A DNA stretch of 64,000 nt from Macrostomum lignano (taxonomy: Eukaryota): the NCBI GenBank assembly GCA_002269645.1, contig NIVC01000760.1, forward strand, positions 62,001 through 126,000, written 5' to 3'. Positions 43,901 to 54,078 of this stretch are shown here, one piece after another (position 1 is the stretch's first letter; each line of letters begins with the position of its first letter). The notes beneath the pieces are model-generated. The model was given only the letters and a program-made list of their open reading frames with translations, did no database searches and was not told where the DNA came from. The position numbers were made by a program, and so were the translations under genes.

Positions 43901-44453
43901 CATTGTAGGTATGTACTATTGGGTGAGTGTACATTGTAGGTATGTACTATTGGGTGAGTGTACATTGTAGAGCATGCAATTTTAGGTGTGTAAATTTTAA
44001 ATACGAGTTCTTGCATGACTAGAGTGAAATTCAGGTAAGGCCGATAAAAAGCAAACTGTTTAAAATCGATAGTAAGAAGTAATTACAACACAACAAAATA
44101 AAAAAGAACTTACTTTCAAGCCAGACGACCTTCAATTGAAACACAACACAGGCGCCGTTCATCAAAAGGGCGCTTAAATAGAGTGAGAATTTTTTACTGC
44201 GCTGCTCGCAAATCTCCGCCAACAGTTCCTGGCTGTGGATTTATTAAATAAGTGCCGATATGTAGTGTAAATAACATTGTGGCTTGAAATTTAAAGCTAA
44301 GAAATATAACTGTTGTATAATTCGGACTCACCAAGTGACGCTAATATCGCAGCTGAGAACATCGCGCGGCTTAATTGATTGACGGGTCGCGCCCAGCCAG
44401 ATTAGAGCAAATTTGCCCTTCTTAACCGATAACAATTCGTGATTGTAGAACAT
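34921..44453 (-). CDS. REC8: Rad21/Rec8-family kleisin cohesin subunit, REC8-like, about 775 aa, 10 exons
   Basis: Exons 44453-44332, 44232-44114, 43277-43242 (least certain), 42370-42067, 40367-40142, 39301-38823, 38122-37681, 36718-36372, 35872-35700, 35000-34921; all GT-AG and phase-consistent. N-terminus MFYNHELLSVKKGKFALIWLGAT and FSLYLSALLMNG (Rec8-type FSLYLS); TARQEDITI; central LIVDGLTEYNSRRLR...LPPPTK; C-terminal winged helix FASLCPPNGATKKEAARAFAGLLELAKQRRVHLRQKQPYSEI. Confidence 0.9.
35125..35640. repeat. 16/17-bp repeat (GGAGAATGGGAAGATTG)n, REC8 intron 9
   Basis: Direct inspection. Confidence 0.95.
36140..36350. repeat. 21-bp repeat (GGTCAATCCAATCTACAGATT)n, REC8 intron 8
   Basis: Direct inspection. 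Confidence 0.9.
36840..37650. repeat. 23-bp repeat (ATATCCCCAATATCCCAACTCAA)n, REC8 intron 7
   Basis: Direct inspection. Confidence 0.95.
38152..38788. repeat. 23-bp hairpin repeat (GAGATTCAGTAGAATCTCACCCA)n, REC8 intron 6
   Basis: Each unit holds GAGATTC-AGTA-GAATCTC (7-bp stem, 4-nt loop). Confidence 0.95.
39305..40075. repeat. 32-bp repeat (GGCGATTTCTCTCTGGTAGGTTTATTGGGACA)n, REC8 intron 5
   Basis: Period 32; about 24 copies. Confidence 0.95.
40390..42023 (-). repeat. 28-bp family A, array 3 (about 58 units), REC8 intron 4
   Basis: Reverse complement of the 6686 unit; explains the 806-aa and 545-aa pseudo-ORFs. Confidence 0.97.
42375..42960. repeat. 24-bp repeat (GGGCACATGTACATTGGGGTAGGA)n, REC8 intron 3
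   Basis: Direct inspection. Confidence 0.95.
43465..43972. repeat. 31-bp repeat (TGTACATTGTAGGTATGTACTATTGGGTGAG)n, REC8 intron 2
   Basis: Direct inspection. Confidence 0.95.
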
Positions 44454-44620
44454 TTTCGATTTTTATGGCATGCATTAAAAATGAGCTTCTTGCTAATCAT
44501 AACTACTTATACTCGTAGATAGCAGTAAACGGTTTTTGTCATTATTATTTATTCTGAGAAAAAAAAGCTGTTTTGCAAAAAAATAATTAAGTTGGGAGGC
44601 AACAATTATTGACTTTCTTG

Positions 44621-44626
44621 TTTATT
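44621..44626 (-). terminator. Candidate poly(A) signal AATAAA for ANKZF1
   Basis: AATAAA about 215 nt after the stop codon, followed by a T-rich tract. Confidence 0.4.
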
Positions 44627-44841
44627 CATTAAAGAAAACGATCTGCCCTACACCACACTGACACAAAACAGCAAAACAAATTGCAAGAAAGTCGGAGAAG
44701 TCGGAAGCAATCCAAGTATTAAAACACTTATTTAAATAATTATCACAATATACTCCATCAAACAACTTAAAATAATATTGTTAAGTACCCTGAATAATTG
44801 TCAAGGTTTTCTTTACGGTAAATACGAATACATATTATTAA

Positions 44842-47800
44842 TTATTTTTTCATCACTCTACTAGCAGTAGTCTCGGCGGCAGTTTTATCCCGATGTCTGC
44901 GCAGGCAATTAGTAGAACAGAATTCGTATCGATCGTAGTGAAACGGTACTTTGCCAGTGATATCGGCGGCGCATTGAAAGCAGCGCGACAGAATCAGCGG
45001 CTTCTGATTGGTGCCGCCCGCAGACTGTTGAGACGCCGCCGCTGCCGCTAGAAGACGCCGTTCGGCGGCCAGAGCCATCTTCTGGGTGTCGCTAAGAGTC
45101 TAAAAAATGTAAAAATTTGACGCTTATAAAAAATCATAATGACACCTGTATGACACCAATCATGACATCTGTGACACCAATCATGACACCTGTATGACAC
45201 CAATCATGACATCTGTGACACCAATCATGACATCTGTGACACCAATCATGACACCTGTGACACCAATCATGACACCTGTATGACACCAATCATAATGACA
45301 CCTGTATGACACCAATCATAATGACACCTGTATGACACCAATCATAATGACACCTGTATGACACCAATCATAATGACACCTGTATGACACCAATCATAAT
45401 GACACCTGTGTGACACCAATCATGACATCTGTGACACCAATCATGACACCTGTGACACCAATCATGACACCTGTATGACACCAATCATAATGACACCTGT
45501 ATGACACCAATCATAATGACACCTGTATGACACCAATCATAATGACACCTGTGTGACACCAATCATGACATCTGTGACACCAATCATGACATCTGTGACA
45601 CCAATCATGACACCTGTATGACACCAATCATGACATCTGTGACACCAATCATGACACCTGTATGACACCAATCATGACATCTGTGACACCAATCATGACA
45701 CCAATCATGACATCTGTGACACCAATCATGACACCAATCATGACATCTGTGACACCAATCATGACACCTGTATGACACCAATCATAATGACACCTGTATG
45801 ACACCAATCATAATGACACCTGTATGACACCAATCATAATGACACCTGTATGACACCAATCATAATGACACCTGTATGACACCAATCATGACACCTGTGA
45901 CACCAATCAAGACACCTGTGACACCAATCATGACACCTGTGACACCAATCATGACACCTGTATGACACCAATCATAATGAAACCTGTATGACACCAATCA
46001 TGACACCTGTATGGCACCAATCATAATGACACCTGTATGACACCAATCATAATGAAACCTGTATGCATCACATTGGCAACCCGTACCAATACTCTATCAA
46101 TCCCATTGTACCTGAAACCGCTCTCGTTCGTCGGCCTCAGCCTGAGCCGCCGCTTCGGCCGCCCGTTTCGCCCGATCCCTGTCCCGTTTAGCCGCTTTAG
46201 CCGCCCGCTTTTTATCCGCCTCTTTCAATCGGCGAGCCTCCAACTGTTCAGGAGTCAGCGGCGCGGGAATCCCGGCCGACGCGTAGTCGTGCCAATCCGG
46301 CCGTTTGGCCACAAATTTTCGAAACGCCTCGCGGACAGATTTATTACCAGCCAGCTGATATGGCGTCCGGCCAGCCAAGTCGCGCTGGCAGGGGTCAGCC
46401 CCTGACTCCAGCAGGCTGAGCACTGTCCTGCCGCAGCTGTTTGACGCGGCCAGGTGCAGCAGTGTGGCGCATTTCTGACCCAACGGCTGGCGGAGACGCT
46501 CGGCCACACTGTCCGGTTCGGAACTCGCCAACTCGGACAGCAACTGGTCCAGAGTTTCCGGATCGGCGCAGGCCACGGCAGTAAATAGCTGATTCTGGAG
46601 GGCCCAGTCGGCTGGCTGGGACGCTTCGGCGCCTGCGGGCTGAGAGCAGTTCAAGGCGACTGCAGTGCGAATCCTGGGATGGCCCAGCTACTGAGGATCT
46701 GGGAGGCTGGCTTAGCAACTGAGGCTCTGGGAGGCTGGCCCAGCAACTGAGGATCTGGGAGGCTGGCCCAGCAACTGAGGATCTGGGAGGCTGGCTCAGC
46801 AACTGACACTCTGGGAGGCTGGCCCAGCAACTGAGGATCAGGGAGGCTGGCCCAGCAACTGAGGATCTGGGAGGCTGGCTCAGCAACTGACACTCTGGGA
46901 GGCTGGCCCAGCAACTGAGGATCAGGGAGGCTGGCCCAGCAACTGAGGATCTGGGAGGCTGGCCCAGCAACTGAGGATCTGGGAGGCTGGCTCAGCAACT
47001 GAGGATCTGGGAGGCTGGCCCAGCAACTGAGGATCTGGGAGGCTGGCCCAGCAAGTGAGGATCTGGAAGGCAGGCGGCAGCGGCCAAGCAACCGGATGGT
47101 TAGTGACAGTCAACAGTCGGATATAAGCTAGCAATCCAGAACAATCAGAGATTACTTAACCAGTATTTGTACCTGATCATCATCTCCAGCTTCCAGGGGC
47201 TCCTCATCGCAGAGCTGCACTTGAAGGTTGCCATCACCGTTGTCGTCAGTCTTGACCGACTGCTCAGCAACCGCAGCAGCCGAAGTAGACGAAGACGAGG
47301 ATTTCTTCTTCCGCCTAGCAACACCGGAGGGCACCGGGGCCCGGCCGGAATGCCCCTCAGACATTGGAAACTGCTGCCGGCGTCTTGTCGGCGGCGATCG
47401 ATTCTGGCTACTCAATTTCGAGTCATCCTTGATTGAATCTTCCGTTGCTGCTGACTGGTTGCTTGGCAACATAGAAGCTGAGTGCCGCTTCAAATACAAA
47501 TTACCGTCTGGGGATTGGCTGACAATACGAAGGCCGCTCTCGATTCGATTGACCAGCTGTCGGGATTCCGCCTGGCCAATGGAGGCCGCATCAGCGTCCG
47601 AGTCGTAGACGTGCAGGCAGGCGAGCTCACGGTGCACCCGGACCAGCTCGCTGTGAGTTGGCCGCCTGGTGCTGATTGGGATGCGGCGAACTCGAGGATC
47701 TGATCTGATTAGTGCATGCGGTGGGTGATATCAGGGACTAGGAATACAGGTTGTAGATATATTGATCTGCGCGAAATTGCAGACTTCAGCTTAGATGATG

Positions 47801-50154
47801 GGGAAAATTTCATACAAATCTCAGTGGAGAGAGACTGGCAGGGAAATCTCATGTAGGATAAAGCTGGGGAGGGGAAATCTCATGTAGGATAAAGCTGGGG
47901 AGGGGAAATCTCATGTAGGATAAAGCTGGGGAGGGGAAATCTCATGTAGGATAAAGCTGGGGAGGGGAAATCTCATGTAGGATAAAGCTGGGGAGGGGAA
48001 ATCTCATGTAGGATAAAGCTGATGAGGGGAAATCTCATGTAGGATAAAGCAAGGGAGGGGAAATCTCATGTAGGATAAAGCTGGGGAGGGGAAATCTCAT
48101 GTGAGATGAAGCTGGGGACGGGAAATCTCATGTAGGATAAAGCTGGGAAGGGGAAATCTCATGTAGGATAAAGCTGGGGAGGGGAAATCTCATGTAGGAT
48201 AAAGCTGGGGAGGGGAAATCTCATGTAGGATAAACCTGGGGAGGGGAAATCTCATGTAGGATAAAGCTAGCGAGGGGAAATCTCATGTAGGATAAAGCAA
48301 GGGAGGGGAAATCTCATGTAGGATAAAGCTGGGGAGGGGAAATCTCATGTGAGATAAAGCTGGGGAGGGGAAATCTCATGTAGGATAAAGCTAGGGAGGG
48401 GAAATCTCATGTAGGAAAAGGCTAGGGAGGGGAAATCTCATGTAGGAAAAGGCTAGGGAGGGGAAATCTCATGTAGGATAAAGCTGGGGAGGGGAAATCT
48501 CATGTAGGATAAAGCTGGGGAGGGGAAATCTCATGTAGGATAAAGCTGGGGAGGGGAAATCTCATGTAGGAAAAGGCTAGGGAGGGGAAATCTCATGTAG
48601 GATAAAGCTGGGGAGGGGAAATCTCATGTAGGATAAAGCTGGGGAGGGGAAATCTCATGTAGGATAAAGCTGGGGAGGGGAAATCTCATGTAGGATAAAG
48701 CTGGGGAGGGGAAATCTCACCGAGCATAAAGCTATGATACGGAAATCCCACGGAAAAATCAGATTAGAATAAGCAGCAAATGTCCACACAAAAAACTCAC
48801 TTTGCAATCGGCGATGGAGGGCCTAGAAAGATGGCCTGCTGCTGCTTACTAATCCGAATCAATACGAAATGACAAGCGTTCAATTCGTCAGTCCACGAGG
48901 CCAGCAGGTTTTGAATCTTCTCGCGCAGATGCGCCTCGCAACGGCGCCGAAGATTGGCGCCGGCAGATTTCGGTCCGCTAGCGCCGCCAGATTGAGAATC
49001 GCGCGCGCTCTGCAGTCCGCCCTGGCGTTTCCGTACGGCGTATTGGTGAAACGTTTTGTGAGCCACGGCTCGGCCAGATTCGTCAAATATTGCGCCGGCG
49101 AAATGACCGCCGGCTAGCATTAGAATTGCCCAGCGAAGCATTCTCGGCAGGGCGGCGGCTCGGCTCAGCAGAGACTCTTCGCTTGGGGCGGGCAGGTCGA
49201 ATAGGCATCGGGCTATGCTCACGTACTCGCGGTCTTTGTTTAGGAAGAACAGACGGCCCGACTGGCTGAGCAGCTGGTGACGGGAGAGCGACGCAAAGCT
49301 GCCGTCTGACTGGCCACCGGCCTGCGGGGTCGGGGCGAGGATTCAGGGGCTAGGGGTTGAGGGGGATTCTTATCTGTAGGGGTTGAGGGGGATTCTTATC
49401 TGCAGGGGTTGAGGGGCGATTCTTATCTGTAGGGGTTGAGGGGCGATTCTTATCTGCAGGGGTTGAGGGGCGATTCTTATCTGCAGGGGTTAAGGGGCGA
49501 TTCTTATCTGTAGGGGTTGAGGGGGGGTTCTTATCTGTAGGGGTTGAGGGTCGATTCTTATCTGCAGGGGTTGAGGGGCGATTCTTATCTGTAAGGACGT
49601 TAGGGGCGATTTTTTTCGCAGCGATATTTTAAGCAGCTAATTTTCAGCTTACCTTGGCATCATTATTTTTAGCATAACTATTATTATCGTTCTCGGAGCT
49701 CGACGAATCCGAATCGTCTTCATCTTCATCGCCCGAGAGGCTGGACAGATCGGACGAAGCAAGCGAGCCGTCAGGTCCCGCTGCTCCACCGCCGTTGATC
49801 AGATTGATCGAATTCGGCTTCGCTAATACAAGCCTGTTGCTTAGCAACCCGATGCCGATTGTACAGATGCCAATCGGAGCGGAAATGCTCGCGCTGCTCG
49901 GCGCAACTGGAGAACTGCTCGCCGCATGTGGCGCATTGGAAAGAATCTAACTGCTGCTGCTGCTTTTGCTGCTCCTGGGGGAATAGGTTGAATTTACCTT
50001 TTAGCTTATCAAGCTGTCAATCTGCTTTTCCATGTGTCTGTTTGTATGGCTGTCTTTCCGTCAGTCTGTCTGCCTGCCTGCCTGTCTGTCTATCTGTCTG
50101 TCTGTCTGCCTGCCTGCCTGTCTGTCTATCTGTCTGTCTGTTTATCTGTCGTCC

Positions 50155-50187
<33 letters not shown>

Positions 50188-50258
50188 GCCTGTCTGTTTA
50201 TCTGTCTGTCTGTTTATCTGTCGTCCTGTCTGTCTGTTTGTCTGTTTATCTGTCGTCC

Positions 50259-50291
<33 letters not shown>

Positions 50292-50627
50292 GCCTGCCTG
50301 TCTGTCTATCTGTCTGTCTGTTTATCTGTCGTCCTGTCTGTCTGTCTATCTGTCTGTCTGTCTAGCAATCACTGCATCAAGCAAAACCCGCACACAGTAC
50401 CTGTTGCTCTTCAGCCGCAGCCTGGGCAGCAGTCTCAGCAGCGGATGAGCTGGTGCTCAACCTGGCAACACCGTCGGCATCGTGATACAGGAGTCGCAGG
50501 CCGGTCAGCAGTTCGGTGCTCTGCTTGAAATTAAACAGCGGCACAGTGCCGCAGGTGCGCTGGCAATGACGGGGCACAAGGCCGTCCAGTCTAGCTCGCT
50601 GATTCTGCGGCTGCGACTGCTGCTTCT
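44842..50627 (-). CDS. ANKZF1: ANKZF1/Vms1 (C2H2 zinc finger, VLRF1 release-factor-like domain, ankyrin repeats, coiled coil, C-terminal Cys/His motif); one +1 frameshift in this sequence; start codon not located
   Basis: Exons ~50627-50401, 49974-49653 (frame change inside), 49321-48801, 47704-47173, ~46639-46112, 45099-44842. Motifs: CATCGEQFSSCAEQREHFRSDWHLYN; DLSSLSG; WAILMLAGGHFAGAIF; HKTFHQYAVRKRQGGLQ; SAGANLRR; DPRVRRIPISTRRPTHSELVRV; TLLHLAA...GADPCQRDLAGRTPY; CFQCAADITGKVPFHYDRYEFCSTNCLRRH. Confidence 0.9.
45135..46075. repeat. 21-26-bp repeat (ATGACACCTGTATGACACCAATCATA)n, last ANKZF1 intron
   Basis: Direct inspection. Confidence 0.95.
46675..47070 (-). repeat. 28-bp family A, array 4, ANKZF1 intron
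   Basis: About 14 units. Confidence 0.95.
47838..48720. repeat. 31-bp repeat (GGGGAAATCTCATGTAGGATAAAGCTGGGGA)n, ANKZF1 intron
   Basis: Period 31. Confidence 0.95.
49355..49610. repeat. 26/27-bp repeat (GGGGCGATTCTTATCTGCAGGGGTTGA)n, ANKZF1 intron
   Basis: Direct inspection. Confidence 0.9.
50035..50362. repeat. (CTGT)n-based compound microsatellite, ANKZF1 intron
   Basis: Direct inspection. Confidence 0.9.
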
Positions 50628-50684
50628 CTACAGTGGCCAGCAATCAGGTAGGTGAGGATTCAGGACTAGGATTACCTTTACAGC

Positions 50685-51412
<728 letters not shown>

Positions 51413-51964
51413 TCTTTGACTTTGTGATTTAAAAAATAAAATTTTGAAAAAAAACATTAGTAGAGATTATTTTTATTTCAGCTGAAATGGGTCAAACTGC
51501 AGTGTATTTATAATATTAATTCCTACTATCCGTTTATAATGACAATAAAACTAACAAAAGCAACTAATAAACAGACGATAACATAATTATTTCACAAATT
51601 ATAAACAAGTACAAAAGTGAACCAACGTGACAAGTTGATTAATAATTCACAAAATCTATTTTTAGATTTTATAATCGTAAATAAAAATTAGGCAAAACGA
51701 TAAAGATTACAATAATAAAACAAATATAACCAATGACAATACGGTGAGATTGTAGAAATTTTTACTTAACTACACATATAATACTTACAAGCGCATAGAA
51801 AGGTGGGACAAAAGAGTAGACACAATAAAACAATACGGAACTTAGCAGCCCACACATATGTACAGAACTTAGTTTTAGGCACTTTATTTATTTTTTAAAC
51901 ATAAATTTAAAACTTTAAACTTGAAGATTAAAGAGATTTGCAGAACTTGGCATTTAAGTTTGAA

Positions 51965-52725
51965 ACTTGATCTGCAGTTTGAGGAATTGAGTTGCAGTTT
52001 GGGGAATTGAGTTGCAGTTTGGGGAATTGAGTTGCAGTTTGGGGAATTGAGTTGCAGTTTGGGGATTTGAGTTGCAGTTTGGGGAATTGAGTTGCAGTTT
52101 GGGGAATTGAGTTGCAGTTTGGGGAATTGAGTTGCAGTTTGGGGATTTGAGTTGCAGTTTGGGGATTTGAGTTGCAGTTTGGGGAATTGAGTTGCAGTTT
52201 GGGGAATCGAGTTGCAGTTTGGGGATTTGAGTTGCAGTTTGGGGAATTGAGTTGCAGTTTGGGGATTTGAGTTGCAGTTTGGGGATTTGAGTTGCAGTTT
52301 GGGGAATTGAGTTGCAGTTTGGGGATTTGAGTTGCAGTTTGGGGATTTGAGTTGCAGTTTGGGGAATTGAGTTGCAGTTTGGGGAATCGAGTTGCAGTTT
52401 GGGGAATTGAGTTGCAGTTTGGGGATTTGAGTTGCAGTTTGGGGAATTGAGTTGCAGTTTGGGGAATTGAGTTGCAGTTTGGGGAATTGAGTTGCAGTTT
52501 GGGGATTTGAGTTGCAGTTTGGGGAATTGAGTTGCAGTTTGGGGAATTGAGTTGCAGTTTGGGGAATTGAGTTGCAGTTTGGGGATTTGAGTTGCAGTTT
52601 GGGGAATTGAGTTGCAGTTTGGGGAATCGAGTTGCAGTTTGGGGAATTGAGTTGCAGTTTGAGGAATTGAGTTGCAGTTTGGGGATTTGAGTTGCAGTTT
52701 GGGGGATTCAAGTTGCATTTTTGGG
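51965..52725. repeat. 20-bp repeat (GAGTTGCAGTTTGGGGAATT)n downstream of the PAXIP1 stop
   Basis: About 37 copies. Confidence 0.97.
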
Positions 52726-52972
52726 GATTAACATGCAATAATTTAGAAGCAAGACAAAAAACGATGCATGAAACAATTTCATAATTAACTTAAAACTAAA
52801 AAGGCCATGCAAGAAAAAAGCACAGAGAGCAATTATAAAGACATTAAAACAGACAAAAATTCGCAGAGATAAACTATACACGGATAGATAGATAAGAAGT
52901 ATGCAATTGAATAAGCAAACAGACAATAGTTGATGACCAATTGTTATGCTATCAATAATTGATTTCCAATAA

Positions 52973-54005
52973 TTATTGAAATCCTTGTTTAACACTGCCA
53001 GACGACTCATCTTGCTGTTGACGCTGAACTGTAGGAGAACGATTAATCGTTGATGAAGTAGAAGATGCTGCAACAGTAGCAACAGTAGCCCCAGTAGTCC
53101 CGGATTTGGCAATATTAGATCCATCATTTTGAGCACTATTGGACACAGGTCGAACAGCTGCGTTAGGAAGTTCCGTAGCTACTGCCGTATTACTATTAGT
53201 AGTATCAACAGTAGTAGCAGTAGTATTAGTAGCAGTTACAGCTAAGCTAGGCTCCTGCTTTTCCACTTTAATAGTAATCTGACTGGCTGAGTTAGTAGCG
53301 CCGTCAGTAGTAGATGCAGATGCGGTCGGTTTTGATGAAGCCTGAGCGTCAGATTCAGCGGAGACTGGAGGAGCAACGGCCGCAGGCGGTGGCGGCGGAG
53401 GCGGCGGTGGTGGCGACACAGGCGGTCGAATAGGGAATGGCGACTTTTTAAATTGCAACTGATGAGACAGAAGATCAACGCGCTGGTGAAGGGCGCAGTC
53501 CAATACAAATGACTCGCTTTGGACAGCTGAATGGGGGTTTAGACAGGGGGGTGGGGGTTGGGGCTGGGGTTAAATCAGTTTATTTATGCATTCTACTGAC
53601 CAATAGGCGCACAGACATTTTCATAGTATGTACACTGGCCACCCGATGACAATGTACACCTCACTCCTCTGTGCCTTAGCGCTGGTCCCTAATAAGCGTG
53701 GTAACCAAGTGACTTACATTTATTAACATGGGTTACTTAAAGACAGAATTATCCTATCTTTCTGTCTTACCTCTGTTTTACCTGTCTACTTGATTTATTG
53801 TCTGTCTGTCTGTCTTACCTCTGTTTTACCTGTCTACTTGATTTAGTGTCTGTCTGTCTGTCTTACCTCTGTTTTACCTGTCTATTTGATTTAGTGTCTG
53901 TCTGTCAGTTTTACCTGTCTGTCTTTGTCTTACCTGTCTATCTGTCTGTCTGTCTTACCTGTCTAGGTGTCGATCTGTCTTTTTGTCTAGCTGTCTGTCT
54001 GTCTT

Positions 54006-54078
<73 letters not shown>

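Noticed and set aside
49781-49829. 46- or 49-nt intron as a fix for the ANKZF1 frameshift
   Set aside because: It restores the frame, but the acceptor has no pyrimidine tract and splicing would delete the conserved ISEAEF segment. Not excluded without RNA data.
49975-49997. Apparent 23-nt GT-AG intron
   Set aside because: The upstream sequence has an in-frame stop and runs into repeat; the acceptor pairs in phase with the donor at 50400.
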